Translations under genes and position numbers: made by a program | Shown: positions 29,622 through 37,610 of the stretch, piece by piece | How positions within the stretch are numbered: the first letter of the stretch is position 1 | How the letters are laid out: each line of letters starts with the position of its first letter | Origin: a virus | IMG/VR virus record: IMGVR_UViG_3300042290_000327 | Coordinates: 32,001-96,000 of that record | Direction: 5' to 3' (one strand) | Length of the DNA: 64,000 nt | The notes under the pieces: generated by a model | Seen by the model: the letters and a program-made list of their open reading frames with translations, nothing else | The model's database searches: none | What the model was told of the DNA's origin: nothing

Positions 29622-29889
29622 CTTTTTATACAAAGTACTTATGAAAGACGGCAAGAGTAAAGGACAATGGCAGGACTGGGATAAGGCATATGCAAAGACT
29701 AGGTCGGTGATATGGAGCTGTAACAAGGAAGAGCATCTGGAGGCAGGACTGAGGATGGTGATAAACTATGAGAGACTAATGCAAAACTTCGGCCCTACTT
29801 CGGTACAAGGCCGGAGGATTGGAGCCGGGACAGTTGATGATCTCCTTTCTCTCATTAGGTTAAAACGTAAGATGATTAGGAGAGGATGA
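29611..29889 (+). CDS. Hypothetical protein
   Basis: Likely start MKNNF at 29611. Confidence 0.5.
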   Translation: MKNNFLYKVLMKDGKSKGQWQDWDKAYAKTRSVIWSCNKEEHLEAGLRMVINYERLMQNFGPTSVQGRRIGAGTVDDLLSLIRLKRKMIRRG

Positions 29890-29897
29890 TGAAGGGA

Positions 29898-30370
29898 GTA
29901 AACCGTAGCGTATATAAAGATATTTGTATAGAGTGATATAAAGATATTAAGATATAAATTATGTATAAACTTAAAGCAAAGAGTGAAGTTAAAGCAAAGC
30001 TTTAATAGCTAGTACCTGCCTCCCTCCCTTGCAACTTTTCTTCTATAGAAAATTATTATTTTTCAAACCTTAAAGTAAAGCTTTAAGTATTCAGTAAACC
30101 GTAGATAAAACCGTAGACTAGTAAACCGTATGCAGAAAACCGTCCATGCAATCATCAGTGCTTTAACCGGCAGAAAACCGTACCTACTAGGTAACCGTCC
30201 AGAGGAAACCGTACAAGGTAACCGTAGGGAGAAAATCGTAGAGAGTACCGTACAGCCGTCTGTAAGGCTGGTTATAAACCTGGAGACTGGAACAGTTAAA
30301 GTAAAGCTTTAAGGTTTTAGAAAACCGTACGGAGGTAACCGTCTGGTAAACCGTAGGGAAAAAACCGTCC
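29898..30370 (+). repeat. Iteron-like array of (A)ACCGT(A/C)
   Basis: ACCGT at 29902, 30098, 30110, 30125, 30139, 30177, 30194, 30208, 30221, 30247, 30324, 30338, 30350 and 30364, plus three variants; mostly 12-17 bp apart. Confidence 0.9.
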
Positions 30371-30809
30371 TGAAAGTTGTCTCCTGCTCTAAGGGTTCGT
30401 ATCTTTAGATGAAAGAAAAAGGTTATGACAAAGTTGGTAAAAGATTTGAGCGGGATAGCGCTAGTGGTGATGCTGCTAGTAGGAGGAGTTTTTGGCTGGG
30501 TCTACTCCCTAGCTACTTTACTGTCCAGTAGAGAGGACCTGCCCGGGGTACTAAAGGCTAGCTTCAGAGGAAGCCTTATAGGAGTAGTAGCGCTAATCTA
30601 CTTAGGGGTAACATACCCAGACGCCTCTTCGGATATGTGGCTGGTGATCGCCCCGGGCTTCTGTGCTTCGGTCTGGTATCTGCTAGGGCCGGAGTTAGAT
30701 AAAAAGCTAAAGGCAGGTATAGGTCTAGCCATAGCAGTAGGTGTACTAGCCTACATGGTGACTGCAGTCTAGACTTCAAGCAAAGCTTTAAGTTAAAGTA
30801 AAGCTTTAA
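29989..30809. repeat. Five copies of the 17-bp dyad TTAAAG-YAAAG-CTTTAA
   Basis: At 29989, 30070, 30296, 30775 (one mismatch) and 30793; a half site at 29971. Confidence 0.85.
30425..30772 (+). CDS. Four-TM membrane protein
   Basis: Hydrophobic 115-aa ORF with its own promoter and leader at 30376. Confidence 0.65.
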   Translation: MTKLVKDLSGIALVVMLLVGGVFGWVYSLATLLSSREDLPGVLKASFRGSLIGVVALIYLGVTYPDASSDMWLVIAPGFCASVWYLLGPELDKKLKAGIGLAIAVGVLAYMVTAV

Positions 30810-30879
30810 GGTTTGAGTATAAGGTACCGGCCCGTCTACTCTTCCGCCTCTCTTCCAAGGGCAGGCCCGTCAACCATCC

Positions 30880-30910
30880 TAAATGTACGAAAAAATCTTT
30901 TAGTGACAAA
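30880..30910 (-). promoter_or_regulatory. Divergent promoter, probably driving a non-coding transcript
   Basis: Minus strand reads TTTG-N19(ending TTCG)-TACATTTA-GG, back to back with the promoter at 30921. Confidence 0.5.
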
Positions 30911-30978
30911 CTTTATTTTAGTTGGATTGAAAATAGTTTGTACCTATCTTTAGGTATAATTAAAAACAAACAACGGTT

Positions 30979-31134
30979 ATGTATTCATTAGATTGTAGCT
31001 ATTTTAAAGCAGAATTTGAAACATTAGAGGAATTAATAGAGTCTGTCATAATTAATGGAATGGATCCGAGTTATGAGGTAACATTTAATGGAGAAGGTAC
31101 AGGAGAACAAATATTTGATTTGATTCAGATTTGA
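30979..31134 (+). CDS. Cassette gene, 51-aa acidic protein
   Basis: MYSLDCSYFKAEFETLEELIE...; follows the repeat leader. Confidence 0.7.
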   Translation: MYSLDCSYFKAEFETLEELIESVIINGMDPSYEVTFNGEGTGEQIFDLIQI

Positions 31135-31192
31135 TTTGGTTACCCAAAATATAGTTCGTATATTTAGGTATAATTAAAAACAAACAACGGTT

Positions 31193-31603
31193 ATGAATAA
31201 GTTAGTAAACAATATTGCAAATAGGGATCTTCAGGTCTTCCATAAAGAATCTACCGATATGTGCGGTAAGGGAAAATATCGGGTGATTGTAAAGTGTCAG
31301 GCCGGATTTATGACTACCAGTACTACTGAGGCGGAATCAGCCATTGAGGTCTTTCGTCGGTATAAGTTAAAATCAGTCCATTCTATCGCTAAGGTTATAA
31401 ATGATGACTTTGATTCAACGGTCTATGCCCGGGTAGGGAAGAAGATCTGGATTTCAGAAGGTCTACTAGTTGAGATTAAGGTGGGGGATATCAATCAGGA
31501 TCTCTATAAGACTGCTTTGTATAGTCAGTATCAGTATAAGTCCGTCAATGCGAATTCATGGGAAAGCTACGCCTACCAGATGAATGAGGAGGTTGCTGCT
31601 TAA
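31193..31603 (+). CDS. Cassette gene, hypothetical
   Basis: Follows the repeat leader. Confidence 0.7.
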   Translation: MNKLVNNIANRDLQVFHKESTDMCGKGKYRVIVKCQAGFMTTSTTEAESAIEVFRRYKLKSVHSIAKVINDDFDSTVYARVGKKIWISEGLLVEIKVGDINQDLYKTALYSQYQYKSVNANSWESYAYQMNEEVAA

Positions 31604-31678
31604 AAAAAAAGTTTAGGAGGGGGTTGGTTTAACTAACCTTCCTTCTTATCTTTAGGTATAATTAAAAAACAAACGGTT

Positions 31679-31873
31679 ATGGAATCAGTAGAAGTTAAAA
31701 ATCAGACTATCAATTATACTATCAAATTTGGTGGTAATATATATAACCTCTTCTATTACGAAGATTTAATGTCCTATTCAGAGGAATTGACTGAGGCAGT
31801 CTCAGGGTTACCGGTATTAGATGAAGATGAATATGAGGAGGTAATGAATTTCTTTGCGGATAATCGCAAATGA
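31679..31873 (+). CDS. Cassette gene, acidic hypothetical
   Basis: Follows the repeat leader. Confidence 0.7.
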   Translation: MESVEVKNQTINYTIKFGGNIYNLFYYEDLMSYSEELTEAVSGLPVLDEDEYEEVMNFFADNRK

Positions 31874-32028
31874 GAATGAGTACTCAGTACCGGGTACAGG
31901 TGTATATGCAGGGTCCGGGTTATACTAACACATACCTGGTTAATAAAAAAGACTGTACAGTAGGTCTGTACATCAATGCTTACACTCCTGAAGGGGCGAT
32001 AGAGAGGTACAGAAAGTTTATGAAGTAG
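31870..32028 (+). CDS. Small hypothetical protein (52 aa)
   Basis: MRMSTQYRVQVYMQGPG...; ATGA-coupled. Confidence 0.55.
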   Translation: MRMSTQYRVQVYMQGPGYTNTYLVNKKDCTVGLYINAYTPEGAIERYRKFMK

Positions 32029-32082
32029 TTGCTTAATTGAAATTTAGTTCGTATATTTAGATACAAATTAAAAATAAAGGTT

Positions 32083-32355
32083 ATGAAAGGCTTAGGAAGT
32101 AGTTTCAAATTTAAAATCGGTGATAACTTAGTAACTTATGGGGGTGAGGAAGAAGTTATAGTATTAGGTGTAAAACCTAATTTAAAGGAAGCTTTAACAA
32201 ATACTGAAGATCCTATTACAGTTGAATTACTTCAGCGAGATTTAGATGAAAATTGTATAAATAAGGAAGATGAAGACAAACCATTTTATTTAGTAAAATC
32301 AGAATCCTTCCCAGGAAATAAATACTATGTAGAATCTGAATTAGAAGGAAAGTAG
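32083..32355 (+). CDS. Cassette gene, SH3/HspQ-like pattern
   Basis: FKFKIGD...VI.GV...KPFYLV...YYVESEL. Confidence 0.6.
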   Translation: MKGLGSSFKFKIGDNLVTYGGEEEVIVLGVKPNLKEALTNTEDPITVELLQRDLDENCINKEDEDKPFYLVKSESFPGNKYYVESELEGK

Positions 32356-32430
32356 TATGAAATAAAATAAAGGTAGTTGCTTAATTGAAATATCGTTCGT
32401 ATATTTAGATACAAATTAAAAATAAAGGTT

Positions 32431-32673
32431 ATGAATATAAAGTTAAAAGATAATGTATTTGGATTCACTTGGAATTATGAAACAGGTGAAGTAGAAGAAG
32501 TATTTACTGAGCAGCTTACTGCAAAGGAAATCCAGTTGATGGGCCGTGTTATGGGAAAAGATATCTGTTTGATACTAGAAGATGCTGATATCGAATTGGT
32601 GTTTGGTGAAGATATCGAAACCCGGGACGACTTAGAGGAGATGGAATTAGCAGAAGTATTGGAATTTGTTTAA
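32431..32673 (+). CDS. Cassette gene, very acidic
   Basis: Follows the repeat leader. Confidence 0.7.
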   Translation: MNIKLKDNVFGFTWNYETGEVEEVFTEQLTAKEIQLMGRVMGKDICLILEDADIELVFGEDIETRDDLEEMELAEVLEFV

Positions 32674-32748
32674 TAAAAGTTAGTTAGGGGGTTGGTTATA
32701 CTGACCCTCTTTCTTATCTTTAGGTATAATTAAAAACAAACAAAGGTT

Positions 32749-32895
32749 ATGAAGACAGTAGTAGACTACTTAGACACCCTCCCTAAATCTGTAATAGCTT
32801 CTTTTGAGGAAGATTATGGAATAAATGGATGGGATTTGCTAATGAGTAGCACAATAGAAGAAGCAAAAGATTTATTGGAGCAATATATAAAATAA
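32749..32895 (+). CDS. Cassette gene (48 aa)
   Basis: MKTVVDYLDTLPKS...; follows the repeat leader. Confidence 0.65.
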   Translation: MKTVVDYLDTLPKSVIASFEEDYGINGWDLLMSSTIEEAKDLLEQYIK

Positions 32896-32964
32896 ATTTT
32901 AGGGGAGGAAGTTGGTTCCTCCCTTTTTATTTACTATATTTAGGTATAATTAAAAACAACGGTT

Positions 32965-33075
32965 ATGGATGTACGTGATGTACTTGCTCAAAATGAATTT
33001 GGAATGGACTACGACCAGCTAGGTCCAGGTGAGAAGGAATGGGTGAATGATGAAATTGATAACCTCCCCAGTTAG
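32965..33075 (+). CDS. Cassette gene (36 aa, acidic)
   Basis: MDVRDVLAQNEFGMDYDQLGPGEKEWVNDEIDNLPS. Confidence 0.65.
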   Translation: MDVRDVLAQNEFGMDYDQLGPGEKEWVNDEIDNLPS

Positions 33076-33135
33076 TAGTAGTATCCTACCAGTATAGTTC
33101 GTATCTTTAGGTATAATTAAAAACAAACAAAGGTT

Positions 33136-33282
33136 ATGGAAATTAAAACAATAAGAGAGTTAAAAGAAACTTTACAGTTTAATCTAATTACTTACTTAGA
33201 TGGACATGATGATAAAGTCCTTGATACTATTTGTAAAATAGTAATTGATACAGTCAATAATTACGAAGTAAATAAAAAATAA
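33136..33282 (+). CDS. Cassette gene (48 aa)
   Basis: MEIKTIRELKETLQ...; follows the repeat leader. Confidence 0.65.
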   Translation: MEIKTIRELKETLQFNLITYLDGHDDKVLDTICKIVIDTVNNYEVNKK

Positions 33283-33287
33283 AGGTT

Positions 33288-33455
33288 ATGGCAAATATGA
33301 GTTACTGTCGATTCGAGAATACGTATAGCGATCTTTTAGATTGTTTAGCGAATATTTCAGATGTAGCTGGAAATGAAAGAGATGAACGATATAGGATTCG
33401 TTTGATTCAGCTTCTAAAAGAAAATAAAGATTTGATTGAGGAGTTGGAAGATTAG
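33288..33455 (+). CDS. Small phage protein (55 aa) with NMSYCRFENT motif
   Basis: MANMSYCRFENTYSDLLDCL; AAAGGTTATG leader. Confidence 0.7.
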   Translation: MANMSYCRFENTYSDLLDCLANISDVAGNERDERYRIRLIQLLKENKDLIEELED

Positions 33456-33500
33456 AATATAGTTCGTATCTTTAGATATAATTAAAAACAAACAAAGGTT

Positions 33501-33704
33501 ATGGAAATACTAAAAACAACCACGGAGGTTCAAAAGGTAATCGAGACAATTGTTCAAGACGGCTCAAGCGTTTACATTGTAAAAGATTACTACCAGGCAG
33601 ATAGCGATAAGATTATTGATACGGTAATAACCACAAAAGATGGTTACGCGGTCGATGACCCTGCTGAATTCGAGTCTATTATCGAATTCCTCGAAGAAAA
33701 TTAA
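33501..33704 (+). CDS. Cassette gene, acidic
   Basis: Follows the repeat leader. Confidence 0.7.
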   Translation: MEILKTTTEVQKVIETIVQDGSSVYIVKDYYQADSDKIIDTVITTKDGYAVDDPAEFESIIEFLEEN

Positions 33705-33769
33705 AATAAAAGTTGGTTCGTGTTAACTTAGTTCGTATATTTAGGTATAATTAAAAACAAACAAAGGTT

Positions 33770-34270
33770 ATGAAAGCAAATGAATTAAATGAAGGGGTTT
33801 ACGAAGTATTAACTCGCATTACTTACGCCCGAAAAGTGAATAGTTTTAGCGAATCTACTGCTAGCATGTTTATACATCTGTCAGATGAAACCAAAGCGGC
33901 TATAAAATCCTTCCCGGTTTTGGATTTCGATGATGATGTTGATTTGATGGATATTTTTACTCTTGATGGAGATCAGCAGTTTTATGTATTTCATAATACG
34001 ACTACCGATGGATATTTCTTAGTTGATACCCAGGGCTATAATTACCCCCGGTATATCACCCGACTATGGGGTTTCATGAATGAACAAACCGATGATCAAA
34101 TCGATGATACATTCCTGCGAATGGATGGGCTGGTTCGAATTGCTGATGTTGCGATTTTAAGATCTGTGGTTAAGAGTTTGGCTTTTGATTTGCAGGAAGA
34201 AGGATTTGATAGAGCAGATATCATCAATTTCATCGATGCTCAAATCCACGGAGCACTTTTTGAAAAATAG
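33770..34270 (+). CDS. Cassette gene, acidic, with VDTQGYNYPRY motif
   Basis: Follows the repeat leader. Confidence 0.7.
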   Translation: MKANELNEGVYEVLTRITYARKVNSFSESTASMFIHLSDETKAAIKSFPVLDFDDDVDLMDIFTLDGDQQFYVFHNTTTDGYFLVDTQGYNYPRYITRLWGFMNEQTDDQIDDTFLRMDGLVRIADVAILRSVVKSLAFDLQEEGFDRADIINFIDAQIHGALFEK

Positions 34271-34327
34271 TTGTCTCCTAAGATCTTAGTTCGTATATTT
34301 AGGTATAATTAAAAACAAACAAAGGTT

Positions 34328-34519
34328 ATGAAAGATAATAAAGTTATAGTAGATACAGTAATTGATTTGCTAATTGATATCGATTGTGATGGCGAAACGA
34401 TGGAGTTTATCCTTCATAAAGTAGGAATGGAATATCAGATGCTAAGGCAGTTGATATTAAGTATGCCTTTAGAGCAGGTAGAATATCTTTTGGAAGAACG
34501 AAAAGGGTTGGTTAGTTAA
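34328..34519 (+). CDS. Cassette gene
   Basis: Follows the repeat leader; DIDCDGETME.I...VGM..QMLRQL. Confidence 0.7.
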   Translation: MKDNKVIVDTVIDLLIDIDCDGETMEFILHKVGMEYQMLRQLILSMPLEQVEYLLEERKGLVS

Positions 34520-34564
34520 AAGTTAGTTCGTATATTTAGGTATAATTAAAAACAAACAAAGGTT

Positions 34565-35317
34565 ATGATAAATGAAATTCAAGATCCCAATCAGCTTACT
34601 CTCGGTATTGAAAACCAAGTATTGACTGTTGAGCAAATAGCGCGAGTAGAAGCATTCAAAGAGCGATTGACTAAGAGTAATGAAAATACTAAAGCTTCTT
34701 TGCTCCGTAAGCAGGCTCTACTGCTAGAAAATGGCTTTATCGAAGGTAAGGATTTTAGCTTCTCTATGGAGGAGGTAAATGAAGACGCAGATGTTAATGC
34801 CAATGGCTGGAATGATAATGAGGTGATAGTTACTGTAGATGTTCGGCGGGTTAATGGTAAGTGTGTGCTACTCTACGATCGTTATGAAGCTACTTCTGAT
34901 ATGATTGTTCAGTCGATAGCAGGTTTTAGTGTCGAGCTAAATAAAGTAGAGTGCCATACTATTAACGGTAATGGCCGGTGGGTTACCTTCCGGAAGCTGA
35001 AAGAGAACTTAGCTGAAAAGAACTCAAGTGCTCAATGGGAGATGAGTTCTGCTCGAAATAATAAGTCAGTGCTTAGCTATACTGCTGAAAAGTATCGGAA
35101 GCTTGCTCCTGGGGCTGAAGTGACGGTGAGCCGTGAAGGTGCGTCTAGTGGCCGTAGGTACTACTCCTTCGATACTGTGACTGTGAAGTTTCAAAATGGA
35201 AATCTATTAGTTGTTGCGCCCAGAAGGAATAATGATGAGGAGTTAGTTCATCGCTTTATCGATGTAACGACTGCTAATAAGAGTGCTGAAGAGCTAGTCC
35301 AGTACCTCGGTAAATGA
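34565..35317 (+). CDS. Cassette gene, 250-aa hypothetical
   Basis: Follows the repeat leader; DPNQLTL resembles a sliding-clamp-binding motif. Confidence 0.7.
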   Translation: MINEIQDPNQLTLGIENQVLTVEQIARVEAFKERLTKSNENTKASLLRKQALLLENGFIEGKDFSFSMEEVNEDADVNANGWNDNEVIVTVDVRRVNGKCVLLYDRYEATSDMIVQSIAGFSVELNKVECHTINGNGRWVTFRKLKENLAEKNSSAQWEMSSARNNKSVLSYTAEKYRKLAPGAEVTVSREGASSGRRYYSFDTVTVKFQNGNLLVVAPRRNNDEELVHRFIDVTTANKSAEELVQYLGK

Positions 35318-35481
35318 AGACTAAGCTAAAGAGGGTATCAGCTGAGCTGGCGGAGAACCTAAGGAAGTGGGAGCCGGATTTACTCCGGCCCTACTCCGCC
35401 GAGAGGAAGCAAGGACCTAAGTACTTTACCTCCATCAAGCAGAAAGATGGATGGGATGAGATAAGCTACTATATAGATTAG
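35314..35481 (+). CDS. Small hypothetical protein (55 aa)
   Basis: MKTKLKRVSAELAENLRKW...; ATGA-coupled. Confidence 0.5.
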   Translation: MKTKLKRVSAELAENLRKWEPDLLRPYSAERKQGPKYFTSIKQKDGWDEISYYID

Positions 35482-35628
35482 ATAAGTTAGCCTCCTGGGT
35501 AGGGCGCTAATACACCCAGGGTTTGTTTGTCTGGGTTGAGGTCCTTCGGGATCTCTTCCTGGTTACAATAGTTGCCTCCAGAGGATTTAGTTCGTATATT
35601 TAGGTATAATTAAAAACAAATAAAAGTT

Positions 35629-35811
35629 ATGTCATCAGTTACAGAAAACGCACTTAGGGAAATCGCTTCAGCTTACGCCCAGGCAGTAGGTGTCCTAGAA
35701 GCTAGTATTAAGATCACACTCGAGAGAGGTGCTAGCCTATCTACCCAGGAGAGGGAAGACCTACTAAAGAGAGGTCTAGAGAAATCTAAGGAGATAATCG
35801 ATAACGCATAA
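35629..35811 (+). CDS. Cassette gene
   Basis: Follows the repeat leader. Confidence 0.65.
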   Translation: MSSVTENALREIASAYAQAVGVLEASIKITLERGASLSTQEREDLLKRGLEKSKEIIDNA

Positions 35812-35871
35812 GGGTTGGTCCTTCGGGACCTTCTTCTTATCTTTAAGTATAATTAAAAACAAACAACGGTT

Positions 35872-36093
35872 ATGAAAAGTAAAAAAGGTACAGTAAGTCC
35901 AATTATGGAAGTCGTTCTAATCAATGCTCTAAAGCTATGGCAGTCAAGCTTCATTCAGGAGCTAGATCAAATGAAGGCAGAGGGTAAGCGTCCAATGTTT
36001 CATCCTAACTGGACCTCGCTCATGATGCAGGACTTCGGTATCGAGTTCGGGATTGAGGAGCTTAAAAATACTCAACCCATCTTAGGGGATTAA
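35872..36093 (+). CDS. Cassette gene
   Basis: Follows the repeat leader. Confidence 0.65.
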   Translation: MKSKKGTVSPIMEVVLINALKLWQSSFIQELDQMKAEGKRPMFHPNWTSLMMQDFGIEFGIEELKNTQPILGD

Positions 36094-36212
36094 GAGTACT
36101 CCTGGGTTCAGTTTGTCTTCGCGACCAGCCCAGGATACTCTCCCCTATTAAGAGTTGGCCCTTCGGGGCCTTCTTCTTATCTTTAGATATAATAAACAAA
36201 CAAACAAAGGTT

Positions 36213-36482
36213 ATGAAAGCAAAAGAAATCAAAGCAATGATGACGGCTCTTAAGAGTAAGGGCATAATGGTATCAGGTACAGCATCAGAGTTCTACGGTG
36301 CTAAGGCTTCTAATGAGGGTATATGGGTGGCTGCTGAGTATACCCCCAGTCTATTTGACTACTATAGCGAGGTGTGGGGTGATACATTCGGTGTAGAGCC
36401 TAAGCTGAATCAGATGGTGGAAGATAACGGCTGGTACTTTGAATGGCATGACGCCGGTACGATGATGGTCTGGGAGGCCTGA
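36213..36482 (+). CDS. Cassette gene
   Basis: Follows the repeat leader; GWYFEWHDAGT motif. Confidence 0.7.
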   Translation: MKAKEIKAMMTALKSKGIMVSGTASEFYGAKASNEGIWVAAEYTPSLFDYYSEVWGDTFGVEPKLNQMVEDNGWYFEWHDAGTMMVWEA

Positions 36483-36497
36483 AATTAGAAACTAGGT

Positions 36498-36523
36498 AGG
36501 GGCCTTCGGGCCTCTTTTTTTTT
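36498..36523 (+). terminator. Intrinsic terminator ending the cassette array
   Basis: AGGGGCC-TTCG-GGCCTCT followed by a long T run. Confidence 0.85.
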
Positions 36524-36528
36524 CCCGG

Positions 36529-36566
36529 AGGTCGGATGGAGGTCAAGGGTAGGTCAGGGCTAGGTC
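36529..36566 (+). repeat. Four AGGTC repeats at an exact 11-bp period
   Basis: AGGTC at 36529, 36540, 36551 and 36562. Confidence 0.75.
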
Positions 36567-36730
36567 ACTGTTACTGCACTGTGCGATAACCATGCTAGTA
36601 TATTTCACTATACGGTTTTCTCGACGGTATTCTCCAGCTAGTTAAAATAATGCATCGCTGATAGATTTTAAGGTATACTAATATATATTTATATATAGTA
36701 AATAAGGGTACAAGTACTTCAACGGGTTAA

Positions 36731-37009
36731 TTAATTAGATTTAGTTGAGGTAAGATCCTTCAACTCCCTTTTTGTTTTTTCTTCAAGCTTATCCACCCTA
36801 CTGTCAACATGACGGTAGACTGCCTCCAGGTCCCGCCTTATAGCGTTATCCTGTTCATTACTAAATTCGTATAACCTTTGCTCAGCCTTCTCAAAATTCG
36901 ATACTTCTTTGATAAGGTTTTTAATTGCCATGTAATTCATAAACGTAACCGCAACTACTACCGAAGTAATAACAGCACCTACACCTAAAAGAAATGATAT
37001 TGTTTCCAT
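36731..37009 (-). CDS. Single-TM coiled-coil membrane protein; the only convincing minus-strand gene
   Basis: N-terminal TM helix, coiled coil, own promoter, does not overlap any + strand gene. Confidence 0.75.
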   Translation of the reverse strand: METISFLLGVGAVITSVVVAVTFMNYMAIKNLIKEVSNFEKAEQRLYEFSNEQDNAIRRDLEAVYRHVDSRVDKLEEKTKRELKDLTSTKSN

Positions 37010-37059
37010 ATTATATATTTTATATATGTCAAAGCACTTGTAGCACCCTTACTACGGTT

Positions 37060-37091
37060 TTAATATAAGAACTTTTGGGGGTAAAACCAAC
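37060..37091 (-). promoter_or_regulatory. Early-type promoter of the minus-strand gene
   Basis: Minus strand reads GTTG-N15-GTTCT-TATATTAA. Confidence 0.75.
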
Positions 37092-37199
37092 TATTGACGG
37101 GAAAATTTTCCGGAAAAAAATTCTACTATACAGTTGCCTATATAAGTATATCTTTATATATTTAATATTATAGGAGAATCTCTATTTATATAAAAAACT

Positions 37200-37610
37200 A
37201 TGAAACTCATCTCTGCTTTACTCCAGGAATCTATCTCGGGTCTTTTTACCAACAGTATTAAGGACTTTGGCAATGATGAATATAATGTTTTTGCTACAGG
37301 CTACAGGATGTTAGGTGGGGAGATTACCTCCGGTGATGGTTTTTTGCAGGGATCTCGTGAGAATATGATAGATTTTAAGTTTACACCCAGTATCGTATCA
37401 CCGGATTACGGTCATTTTGCTTTTGATAACGTATCTTTACTTAATTACATCAAGACTAAGTTGATGGATACGGATTTGCGTAGGAAGATGGGGAAGGAAT
37501 TCAATATTGCACCCGTTGCTAAGGATTTCGAGAGACAGATCCTTATAGCAGCCGGTAATAGCGCCGTTGATATCGTCTCAAGACTAGGCCGGCATAAGAA
37601 GGTGAACTAA
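37200..37610 (+). CDS. Hypothetical late protein
   Basis: CTATTTATA at 37182; N-terminus MKLISALLQES. Confidence 0.6.
   Translation: MKLISALLQESISGLFTNSIKDFGNDEYNVFATGYRMLGGEITSGDGFLQGSRENMIDFKFTPSIVSPDYGHFAFDNVSLLNYIKTKLMDTDLRRKMGKEFNIAPVAKDFERQILIAAGNSAVDIVSRLGRHKKVN

Larger units (their letters stand above)
30376..36215 (+). repeat. About 16 copies of a 45-60 bp promoter plus leader unit, each in front of a small gene
   Basis: GTTG-N15-GTTCG-TAT(A/C)TTTA-G(G/A)TATAATTAAAAACAAACAA(A/C)GGTTATG starting at 30376, 30921, 31135, 31623, 32028, 32376, 32691, 32911, 33078, 33443, 33712, 34270, 34507, 35571, 35814 and 36154. Confidence 0.92.

Noticed and set aside
30130-30312. 60-aa ORF in the track
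   Set aside because: It lies entirely within the AACCGT repeats, whose spacing is not a multiple of three, and it lacks the standard leader.
30921-36215. CRISPR array
   Set aside because: The repeats are promoter and leader sequences ending in ATG. The spacers are 110-1000 bp open reading frames, not 30-40 bp spacers, and no cas operon is present.
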